Positions 17,767-25,115 of a DNA stretch of 32,000 bases are shown piece after piece (the first letter of the stretch is position 1; each line of letters begins with the position of its first letter). Location: positions 6,849 to 38,848 of the forward strand of contig JAMOQH010000182.1 in NCBI GenBank assembly GCA_027064085.1. Reading direction: 5' to 3'. A program made the translations under genes and the position numbers. Under the pieces are notes generated by a model, which was not told the DNA's origin, did not search any database, and saw only the letters and a program-made list of their open reading frames with translations. This DNA comes from a bacterium. GTDB lineage: Bacteria; UBP6; JAFGXH01.

Positions 17767-18264
17767 ATGATTATTGTTCCTAAAAGTACAAAGAAATATA
17801 ACAGAAAGTCAATTCGTTTAAATGGTTATGATTATGCCCAAGGTGGATTATATTTTATTACAATAAATACATATCATAATCAATATTTATTTGGTGAAAT
17901 CAAGAATGAAGTAATGATATTAAATGCGCCTGGAAAAATGATAAATGCAATGTTTAGTGAAATTGAAAATGAGTTTGAGTATGTTATTATTACAGAATCT
18001 GTTGTAATGCCTAATCATGTTCATTTTATTGTTAAAATAGCAGGAAAGCCTAATAATATCGTATCATTAGGTGATGTAATTCAAATGTTCAAACGATATT
18101 CAACAGTTAAATATATTGAAAACGTAAAAAAGAATAATTGGGGTAGGTTTATTGGTAAAGTTTGGCATAGAAATTATTATGAACACATAATCAGAAATGA
18201 AAAGGATTATGAAAGAATAGCCAAATATGTAAGAGAAAATCCAAAGAATTGGGGTAGAAAATAG
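17767..18264 (+). CDS. REP-associated tyrosine transposase (RAYT) / IS200-like HUH Y1 transposase
   Basis: The N-terminus ..RKSIRLNGYDYAQGGLYFITINT.. is typical. The HUH motif is MPNHVHFIV. The catalytic Tyr region is ..NYYEHIIRNEKDYERIAKYVRENP. Confidence 0.85.
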   Translation: MIIVPKSTKKYNRKSIRLNGYDYAQGGLYFITINTYHNQYLFGEIKNEVMILNAPGKMINAMFSEIENEFEYVIITESVVMPNHVHFIVKIAGKPNNIVSLGDVIQMFKRYSTVKYIENVKKNNWGRFIGKVWHRNYYEHIIRNEKDYERIAKYVRENPKNWGRK

Positions 18265-18284
18265 ATTCCCAAAAAAATGTAGTA

Positions 18285-18433
18285 GGGGTAGATTCCATAT
18301 CTACCCAAAAGGATAGAAAAGGGAAAAAAGGGAATAAAAATATGATAATATAGGAAAAAGAAGGGATTAAAAATATGATAATTAGAAGGCCGATGGAATC
18401 ATTGGGGCAGATATAGATATGGAATGGGGGGGG
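18285..18433. repeat. REP-like palindromes and short direct repeats immediately 3' of the RAYT gene
   Basis: A hairpin pairs GGGTAGAT (18286-18293) with ATCTACCC (18299-18306). The 12-mer ATTCCATATCTA (18292-18303) recurs inverted as TAGATATGGAAT (18414-18425). Twenty-bp direct repeats GGGA[A/T]TAAAAATATGATAAT lie at 18330-18349 and 18363-18382. GGGGTAGA..GATTCC is also present at 18251-18270. A G8 run ends the region. Confidence 0.55.
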
Positions 18434-18435
18434 AT

Positions 18436-19179
18436 ATGTGTATTTTTGCGATATCTATAAACGAGCATACAGAATATAGAATTATTTTGGCCTCAAATAG
18501 AGATGAGTTTTTTAATAGAGAGAGCCAAAAGGCTCATTTTTGGAAAAAAGAAGGGATAATTGCAGGCAAAGATTTAAAAATGGGTGGAACATGGTTAGGT
18601 GTGAATAATCAAGATAAAAAGATTGCTATTTTGACTAATTATAGGAATCCTTTGCTTGTTAATGTGAATTATAAGTCTCGTGGTATGTTGATTTTAGACT
18701 ATTTGACTCAGAAAATAGGTGTTGATAATTGGAGAATAAATATAAAAAAAGAAAAATATAACCCTTTTAATATCATTTTAGGAGATTTCAACAATTTATA
18801 CTATTACACAAATATAAACAATGAATTAATAAAATTAGAAAATGGCATACATGTATTAAGCAATGGATTTTTAAATGAGCCTTGGCCAAAAGTCAAAAAA
18901 TTAAGAGAATTATTTACTCAAACAATAAAATCAGATTTTAATCGTCAAAATTTAATAGAAATTATGAAAGATGAAGAAAAATTTCCAACAAATACTCTTC
19001 CTGATACTAATATTTCAAAAGAAATGGAGTATTTTTTATCTTCTATTTTTATAAATAGTAAAAAATACGGTACAAGGGCAACTACAATTGTAACTGTAGA
19101 TTATGAAAATAAAGTTAAATTTACTGAAGTATCATATAATAGTAAAAAAGAAATTATTTCTTATATTGATCTAAAGTAA
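18436..19179 (+). CDS. NRDE-family protein (DUF833 / TANGO2-like)
   Basis: ORF track 18424. I prefer the ATG at 18436, which gives the family-typical MC.. N-terminus. The diagnostic ..LASNRDEF.. motif is present. Confidence 0.85.
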   Translation: MCIFAISINEHTEYRIILASNRDEFFNRESQKAHFWKKEGIIAGKDLKMGGTWLGVNNQDKKIAILTNYRNPLLVNVNYKSRGMLILDYLTQKIGVDNWRINIKKEKYNPFNIILGDFNNLYYYTNINNELIKLENGIHVLSNGFLNEPWPKVKKLRELFTQTIKSDFNRQNLIEIMKDEEKFPTNTLPDTNISKEMEYFLSSIFINSKKYGTRATTIVTVDYENKVKFTEVSYNSKKEIISYIDLK

Positions 19180-21307
19180 AATATTTAACCTTACCTCCTT
19201 CTCTAATCCTTAAAACATAATTAGCTGGAACATCTGTTAAAATTGTTTCATCATGAGTTTTGTTTGGCCATTTAATGGTAATTTTATCAGCTTTACAATT
19301 GTCATCAATACCGATAATTACAAATGGGTCTTTTTGAATACCAAATAAACCATATCCTCCTTGAATTACTCTTGTATATTTTTTGCCATTTGCTTCTACT
19401 ATTATTTTAGCTCCAATTGCATCACTATTTGATTTTCCTTCATAACCAGCTCCCTTAATGTCAATCATAATTTTATTGCTATTTTGGCCTGTTTTGTTTT
19501 TAAAAAGATGAACATAACTATCTGTTGGTTTATTAATTGCTTCATCTCCTGTACTCCAACGCATTAAAGAACGCCCCATTAAAATATCATAATCTCCATC
19601 TCTATCATAATCTATTAATGCAATACCATGAGCTCTTATAAATTTTAAACCACTATCTTCTGTTACATTAATAAATTTAACATTATCAGTTTGTTCATAA
19701 ATCAAGCTTGATGTACCTGGATAATCAGAAGAAGTAATTACAATATCAATTTTGCCATCATTATTTAAATCTTCTGCAACTCCACCCAAGTCACCATCAT
19801 TCCAAGAGCCTTCTCTAGTTCTTGTTATGCCACTTTGTGCTTCATTAATTCTTTCTAATGGAGTATTAGGAAAGCCATTATTTATTAATAATTGTGTTTT
19901 ATCAGATGATGCCCCAATATGCCAATGAGCTAATTCTATAGAAAGCAAATCGTTATCACCATCATTATCAAAATCAGCACATAGCGAATTACTTGTATTC
20001 CCTCCAAGTCTAAAAGGTTTATCATCAAAACCTATATTCCAATTGTTTTCTAGGCCCGTACAATTAATAAGAGGTGCTTTTGCATTTGCACATTCTGAAA
20101 CACCACTATGATTTGCACAATAACAAGCAAAAAATTGATTATCAATAAAGTTTTCAATATTATCATGAGCGAAATTACTCTCAATTGATTTATTTATATA
20201 TTTCCCATTATTATACATAAATAATAAATTATTTTGACGCCCATAAGAAGATACTAAAATTTCTTCATATCCATCATTATTTAAATCGCATGCGTTTGCT
20301 CCCCAAGAAGGAGTATTGCTATTAGCATTCATCGCTTCTTCTATTGAAAACGGTTCCGTTTTAATGCCCATTTCTCCCGTTACATCAGTAAATATGCCAT
20401 TCCCATCACCTTTATAAAGAGTGTCTGTTAAAGTTGAATCTAATACACCATAAGTTGAATAATGATGTGCAACAAAGAGATCTAGGTTTGAATCTTTATC
20501 ATAATCAAGAAAAAGAGCTGAAGAAGCAGGGTTATACATAGTATCAGGAGAAAATTTTTGTTCTCTAGCAATAGTAAATATACCATTTCCATTATTAAGA
20601 AATATACTTGTTTTATCTAATCTAGTATTTGCCGCGCTATCTAAATATGCAATATTAATTGCATCTGGATATTGGTCATTATTTATATCTCCAAAAATCA
20701 CATAAGATGATATTCTACCACTATTTGTATCTTCTCTAGTTTTAAATAATCCAGATTGCCAAGTATAGTTTTCAAAAACTCCTTTATTATTTCTAAATAA
20801 GGCATATTGATATTTTGGATCTGATTTATCATATCTTGTTTTAGCTCCTTTAGTAACAACAAAGTCAGGCCAATGGTCTTGGTCTATGTCAGTAACGGTA
20901 ATGTTAGTTCCAATTACTCTTTTATCTTTAAATTGTAAGCTACTTGTAATATCTTCGAATTGAATTTTCTGACTTCCATTATTTAAGCATATTGTAGGAG
21001 GCTGTTCATTGCAATTTAATCTATCAACATAATAATTATCATAACAGTTACATTTAGCTTTATCATTTTCAATAATACATTCTCCATGGTTGCTACAATT
21101 AATATTAGTACAGGGAGTATTTTCTTTACAACTAAGTCCTTCTTCATGAAAATTTTCATTACAATTACACTTTGCTTTGTCACCTTCAATAACACATTCT
21201 CCGTGATTATTGCAATTTATATCACTACAAGCATTATTTTCACTGCTTCCACAAGATATAATCATTAAAATTAATGTAAAAAATGTAAAGTTTAGTATTT
21301 TATTCAT
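19154..21307 (-). CDS. CRTAC1-like lipoprotein: two EGF-like modules, seven FG-GAP/VCBS repeats, ASPIC/UnbV C-terminal domain
   Basis: AGGAGA lies upstream. The lipobox is ..LILMIISCGSS. Tandem modules are CxDINCNNHGECVIEGDKAKCNC and CTNINCSNHGECIIENDKAKCNC. Seven Dx[DN]xDGxxD-type repeats are present (DIDQDHWPD, GDINNDQYPD, LDYDKDSNLD, CDLNNDGYEE, ADFDNDGDND, EDLNNDGKID, IDYDRDGDYD). The C-terminus ..SNSDAIGAKIIVEANGKKYTRVIQGGYG.. matches UnbV/ASPIC. Confidence 0.85.
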   Translation of the reverse strand: MNKILNFTFFTLILMIISCGSSENNACSDINCNNHGECVIEGDKAKCNCNENFHEEGLSCKENTPCTNINCSNHGECIIENDKAKCNCYDNYYVDRLNCNEQPPTICLNNGSQKIQFEDITSSLQFKDKRVIGTNITVTDIDQDHWPDFVVTKGAKTRYDKSDPKYQYALFRNNKGVFENYTWQSGLFKTREDTNSGRISSYVIFGDINNDQYPDAINIAYLDSAANTRLDKTSIFLNNGNGIFTIAREQKFSPDTMYNPASSALFLDYDKDSNLDLFVAHHYSTYGVLDSTLTDTLYKGDGNGIFTDVTGEMGIKTEPFSIEEAMNANSNTPSWGANACDLNNDGYEEILVSSYGRQNNLLFMYNNGKYINKSIESNFAHDNIENFIDNQFFACYCANHSGVSECANAKAPLINCTGLENNWNIGFDDKPFRLGGNTSNSLCADFDNDGDNDLLSIELAHWHIGASSDKTQLLINNGFPNTPLERINEAQSGITRTREGSWNDGDLGGVAEDLNNDGKIDIVITSSDYPGTSSLIYEQTDNVKFINVTEDSGLKFIRAHGIALIDYDRDGDYDILMGRSLMRWSTGDEAINKPTDSYVHLFKNKTGQNSNKIMIDIKGAGYEGKSNSDAIGAKIIVEANGKKYTRVIQGGYGLFGIQKDPFVIIGIDDNCKADKITIKWPNKTHDETILTDVPANYVLRIREGGKVKYFTLDQYKK

Positions 21308-21394
21308 ATTATCTCCTAAAATATTTTAAATATTACTACACTTATTAATAAATTACAATTATGATATGATTAAAATCAGATATTCTCTTAAAAG

Positions 21395-22303
21395 TTATTT
21401 TTTTAGCTTTATAAAATCTGTAAAACTTGATGTTAATAATTGTCTTGCTAGCTTGTTTGCCTTTTTTATTTGTTCTTTTGATGATAGGCTAGTCCCAAAG
21501 GTAATTTGTATTTTACCTCCAGGGATTTCTTCATTGACAACAGGAATAGTATTTATGATTCCATCAATTACTATTGCTAATCTATGTCCCGCAATTCTTT
21601 TTGTTAAATTTGCAAATAATTTTTTACCTTTGTTATTAAATATGAGTAGTATAGTTGGAGAATTGATATATTTATCAAGACCAACATAAGAATCTTTTAT
21701 TAAATAGCCTGAAATACTTAAATCATTTTTTAGCACAAATGTTTTATAGTATAATTTTTTTTTATAACCTTCTTTTTTATAGTAAATTTTATATCCTTTT
21801 TTTAACTTTAGTGTTTTAATAAATTCTTTTAAATTATTCTCATCTTTTGCAGTATCACTTTTAGTTCTGAAAAATCGATATTCTACTCTACCACCTTTAG
21901 CTGTATCGTAACTATCTTCACCTGTTGTTATATTATTTGGTAAATTTTTAGTATTTTTAACTAATTCAGATGAAAGATTAATAGATTCCAAGTCTTCTTC
22001 TAGAAAATAAACACTATGCTTTTTAGATAAATCATTTTTTATTTTGTTTATATTTTCTTTAATTGTAGATATTTTTATTTCTTGATTAGTTCTATTATAA
22101 TTTATACTTGTTTCTATTTTTGATAAATAATTTTTGATTTTATCATCAAGATTTTTTAATTTTTCTTTGTTAATAATAGTTGCTTCAAAAGTAATAGATT
22201 TTAGTGGTTTAAAATTATTAAAAAATTCTTTGAAATTCTTTGCACTATAAATGCTTTGAGTTATTGTTAGTATCAGTAAAATTATTATTATTTTCATTTT
22301 CAT
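21395..22303 (-). CDS. Secreted protein with a C-terminal SecD P1-head-like domain
   Basis: GGAG lies upstream. The signal peptide is MKMKIIIILLILTITQSIYSA. The C-terminus ..KKLFANLTKRIAGHRLAIVIDGIINTIPVVNEEIPGGKIQITFG..KKANKLARQL follows the SecD periplasmic-head pattern (..FA..T...IGKRLAIVLDG.V.SAPVI...I.GG...I.G......A..LA..L). There are no TM helices beyond the signal. Confidence 0.6.
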   Translation of the reverse strand: MKMKIIIILLILTITQSIYSAKNFKEFFNNFKPLKSITFEATIINKEKLKNLDDKIKNYLSKIETSINYNRTNQEIKISTIKENINKIKNDLSKKHSVYFLEEDLESINLSSELVKNTKNLPNNITTGEDSYDTAKGGRVEYRFFRTKSDTAKDENNLKEFIKTLKLKKGYKIYYKKEGYKKKLYYKTFVLKNDLSISGYLIKDSYVGLDKYINSPTILLIFNNKGKKLFANLTKRIAGHRLAIVIDGIINTIPVVNEEIPGGKIQITFGTSLSSKEQIKKANKLARQLLTSSFTDFIKLKK

Positions 22304-22419
22304 TTATTCTCCAATGAATAATATTTAACTTAGAAATATCATATCATATAAAAAAAGTAAAGATAATCTTACCCAAACTATGCAATTCAGGGATTAATGA
22401 TTGAATATTTCTTATAAAA

Positions 22420-22448
22420 TTGATTTTTATTTATTTTAAGTGTAAAAT
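22420..22448 (+). promoter_or_regulatory. Putative sigma-70 promoter
   Basis: TTGATT (22420-22425) is followed by a 17-nt spacer and TAAAAT (22443-22448). It lies 27 nt upstream of the ATG at 22476, which has a TGGAG SD. Confidence 0.4.
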
Positions 22449-22475
22449 TACCTAGTTTTTGTTTATGGAGTAGCT

Positions 22476-24014
22476 ATGACATATCATATTAAAAAATTTT
22501 TATTTCTAATGAGTTTATCATTAATTGTAATTTCATGTGGTGGTGGTGGTGGTTCAATTACTGAAGCATGTAATTTAAATTCTGATTGTTCAAAAACACA
22601 GGAGTGTAGATTTTCTAGCAAAACTGATAATTCTGGTGAATGTGTAGAAAAAAAAGTTTGCCAAGAAGATTCGGAATGTTCTGACAAAAGAGCATGTGCG
22701 GCTTCTTTAATTGGAACAGAAAAATACTGTGGTGGTTTTTTATCAAATTTTAGCTTTAAAGATGGTCAAAACCTAAAATCAGGAACAGTTGATGAAGTAT
22801 ATAATGATACAATTCAATTAATAGGGCAAACAGGTGCGTTTCATATTATTGTAAAAACAGGTGATAAATTGCCTGATGGATTAATGATAAATTTAAATAC
22901 TGGAGACATTTCTGGGACTCCAACAAAAGAAGGTGAGTTTAAATTTACTTTAATTGCTTATAATGGTGCTAGTGATGCAAAAAACTATTACAATATTATA
23001 AAAGTAGAAAAAGAATTTATCATTAAAATAAATAAGGCAAATGTTTGTACTCCTGATTGTACAAATAAAGTATGTGGTGATGATGGCTGTGGTGGAAGTT
23101 GTGGAACTTGCACAGAAGGAACTTGTAATAACAGTGGTCAATGTGAAACAACATGTACTCCTGATTGTACAAATAAAGTGTGTGGTGATGATGGCTGTGG
23201 TGGAAGTTGTGGAACTTGCACAGAAGGAACTTGTAATAACAGTGGTCAATGTGAAACAACATGTACTCCTGATTGTACAAATAAAGTGTGTGGCGATGAT
23301 GGCTGTGGTGGAAGTTGTGGAACTTGTACAGAAGGAACTTGTAATAATGATAGTGGCCAATGTGAAACAATATGTACTCCAAGTACTTGTGATGACTTAA
23401 GTGCTCAATGTGGTTCTATTGATGATGGCTGTGGAACAATGTTAGAATGTGGTGATTGCTATGTAGGAAGTGAATGTATTGATAATTTATGTGAAGTAAT
23501 TGTTGTAATTAATGAAGGTGATATTATTTTTAGTGAAATAATGGCAAATCCTAGTGTTCCAGATGGTCAAGGAGGAGTAATTAATGATTCCAAAACTGAG
23601 TGGGTTGAGTTATATAACACTACAGACCACGCAATAGATTTAGATGGTCTAAAAATAGTAAAAGGAACAACAAATTATGATATTACATTAATTACAACAA
23701 CAATAGAATCTCATTCTTATTATGTTATTGCAAGAAAAGAAGCAAGTGTTTCTAAACTACCAATAGTTGATGCAACGGGAGGGTTCTCTTTAACAAATGG
23801 AGGAGCGTCTTTACAACTTAAACTTGGAGATACACTACTTGATACAGTTACTTATCAAGCGGCAACAGAGGGAGCATCTTGGCAATTAGATAAAGATGTT
23901 ATGGATTTTGAATTAAATGATGATAATGCAGCGTGGTGTTTAGGTACAACTGTTATTAGTACAGAAAATACTGATTTAGGAACTCCAGCGCTAGAAAATC
24001 TATCTTGCCATTAA
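22476..24014 (+). CDS. Cys-rich surface lipoprotein: putative-Ig (cadherin-like) domain, three or more 36-aa Cys repeats, C-terminal lamin-tail domain (LTD)
   Basis: The lipobox is ..LSLIVISCGGGGGS. The segment ..LNTGDISGTPTKEGEFKFTLIAYNG is a putative-Ig signature. The unit CTPDCTNKVCGDDGCGGSCGTCTEGTCNNSGQCETT occurs three times. The C-terminus ..IIFSEIMANPS..TEWVELYNTTDHAIDLDGLKIV.. matches the LTD pattern. Confidence 0.85.
   Translation: MTYHIKKFLFLMSLSLIVISCGGGGGSITEACNLNSDCSKTQECRFSSKTDNSGECVEKKVCQEDSECSDKRACAASLIGTEKYCGGFLSNFSFKDGQNLKSGTVDEVYNDTIQLIGQTGAFHIIVKTGDKLPDGLMINLNTGDISGTPTKEGEFKFTLIAYNGASDAKNYYNIIKVEKEFIIKINKANVCTPDCTNKVCGDDGCGGSCGTCTEGTCNNSGQCETTCTPDCTNKVCGDDGCGGSCGTCTEGTCNNSGQCETTCTPDCTNKVCGDDGCGGSCGTCTEGTCNNDSGQCETICTPSTCDDLSAQCGSIDDGCGTMLECGDCYVGSECIDNLCEVIVVINEGDIIFSEIMANPSVPDGQGGVINDSKTEWVELYNTTDHAIDLDGLKIVKGTTNYDITLITTTIESHSYYVIARKEASVSKLPIVDATGGFSLTNGGASLQLKLGDTLLDTVTYQAATEGASWQLDKDVMDFELNDDNAAWCLGTTVISTENTDLGTPALENLSCH
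23046..23372 (+). repeat. Three in-frame tandem repeats (108, 108, 111 bp) inside the 22476-24014 CDS
   Basis: Units start at 23046, 23154 and 23262. Units 1 and 2 differ at one synonymous base (GTA/GTG). Unit 3 differs by three synonymous changes, a 3-bp insertion with an adjacent synonymous AAC-to-AAT change (net extra Asp codon, NNS to NNDS), and one Thr-to-Ile change. Confidence 0.95.
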
Positions 24015-24170
24015 AAATTATTTTACAATCAATAAATCTATTTATTGGCTACTTATTTTAATTTATAATCTTTACTCCTTGTGATATCATTTGATAAAAA
24101 TAAAGTTTAAGAATTAAACTTATATTCTAGTGAAGAGAAGAATAAAACACATTTATTTTACTATATAACA

Positions 24171-24199
24171 TTGAATTTTCCATATTTACTTGATATAGT
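24171..24199 (+). promoter_or_regulatory. Sigma-70 promoter with extended -10, about 170 nt upstream of the SDR gene
   Basis: TTGAAT (24171-24176) is followed by a 17-nt spacer ending in TGA, then TATAGT (24194-24199). Confidence 0.45.
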
Positions 24200-24368
24200 A
24201 AGTTGAATTATGGAGAGCTAGATATGATTTATGAAGTAAATTCAAGTAAATCTAAGGTAGAGTTTTTTTGAAACTGGAGACAAATTAAATAATGGAGAAA
24301 TGCAGAAATATATAAAAAGTATTTTTGATAATAAATGGAGATAAAGACTACTTAATAGGAGAATAATA

Positions 24369-25112
24369 ATGAAGAAAATAGCAATAATAACAGGAGCATC
24401 ATCTGGAATGGGCTGGGACTTTGCTAAAGAATTAGATAATAAAAATCTTGATGAAATCTGGATAGTTGCAAGAAGAAAAGAGCTTTTAGAAAAGTTGGCA
24501 TCTGAATTGAAAACTAGGTGTAAAATCTTTGATATTGACTTAACTGATAGTGAAAAAAATAAAAAAATAGAACTAGAATTAGAAAAAAAAGAATACGAAA
24601 TAAAATATCTTATTAATAACGCAGGATTTGGTTTGATGGGAGAGTTTTCTACACTTAATTTGAATAAGCAATTAAATATGATAGATTTAAATATACGAGC
24701 ATTGGTTCAAGTTACATACTTTTCCATTAAATTTATGTCTAAAAGTGGAGAAATAATTCAAGTAGCATCAACAGCCGGTTTTTTACCTATGAAAAATTTT
24801 GCAGTGTATGCCGCAAGTAAAGCTTTTGTAGTTAATTTCACTAATGCTTTGGCCTTAGAGCTTAAACCTAAGGGGATACATGCTATTGCAGTTTGCCCTG
24901 GACCTGTTAAAACTGAGTTTTTCGATGTGGCAACAAATGGTAAAGAGCCCGTATTTATTTATGAATCTATAAAAGTTGTAAAAAAGGCATTAAAGGATTC
25001 AAAAAAAGCTAAGTTAAATTCAATTTATGGTTTTTTAATGAATGTAGTGATGACTCTTGCTCATTTTACTCCAAGAAGGATAAAAGTTAGTCTTTCAGCT
25101 AAAAGCTTGTAG
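24369..25112 (+). CDS. Short-chain dehydrogenase/reductase (SDR) family oxidoreductase
   Basis: AGGAG lies upstream. Motifs are TGASSGMG (TGxxxGxG), NNAG and the catalytic YAASK (YxxxK). Confidence 0.9.
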   Translation: MKKIAIITGASSGMGWDFAKELDNKNLDEIWIVARRKELLEKLASELKTRCKIFDIDLTDSEKNKKIELELEKKEYEIKYLINNAGFGLMGEFSTLNLNKQLNMIDLNIRALVQVTYFSIKFMSKSGEIIQVASTAGFLPMKNFAVYAASKAFVVNFTNALALELKPKGIHAIAVCPGPVKTEFFDVATNGKEPVFIYESIKVVKKALKDSKKAKLNSIYGFLMNVVMTLAHFTPRRIKVSLSAKSL

Positions 25113-25115
25113 ATT

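Noticed and set aside
19154-19179. 26-nt convergent overlap between the NRDE-family gene and the CRTAC1-like gene as a possible antisense regulatory arrangement
   Set aside because: Short 3'-3' overlaps are common in compact genomes. No hairpin or other structure was seen in the overlap.
22950-23400. Three long ORFs in alternative frames/strands (136, 119, 119 aa), and the possibility of a CRISPR-like array
   Set aside because: They exist only because the 108-bp tandem repeat lacks stop codons in several frames, and their products are repetitive nonsense (HHSHH.., TTST..). The repeats are contiguous with no unique spacers and maintain the reading frame of a Cys-rich module, so this is not a CRISPR array.
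24030-24047. CAATAAAT-CT-ATTTATTG palindrome after the 22476-24014 gene as an intrinsic terminator
   Set aside because: The stem is almost entirely A/T with a 2-nt loop and no clear T-tract. Such palindromes are expected by chance in this composition. The AAACAA-TAAT-TTGTTT+T-run after lpdA (about 30738-30760) is similarly weak.
24496-24510. TGGCAT-N5-TTGA, a sigma-54-like element
   Set aside because: It lies inside the SDR coding region, lacks the essential -12 GC, and no downstream gene could use it.
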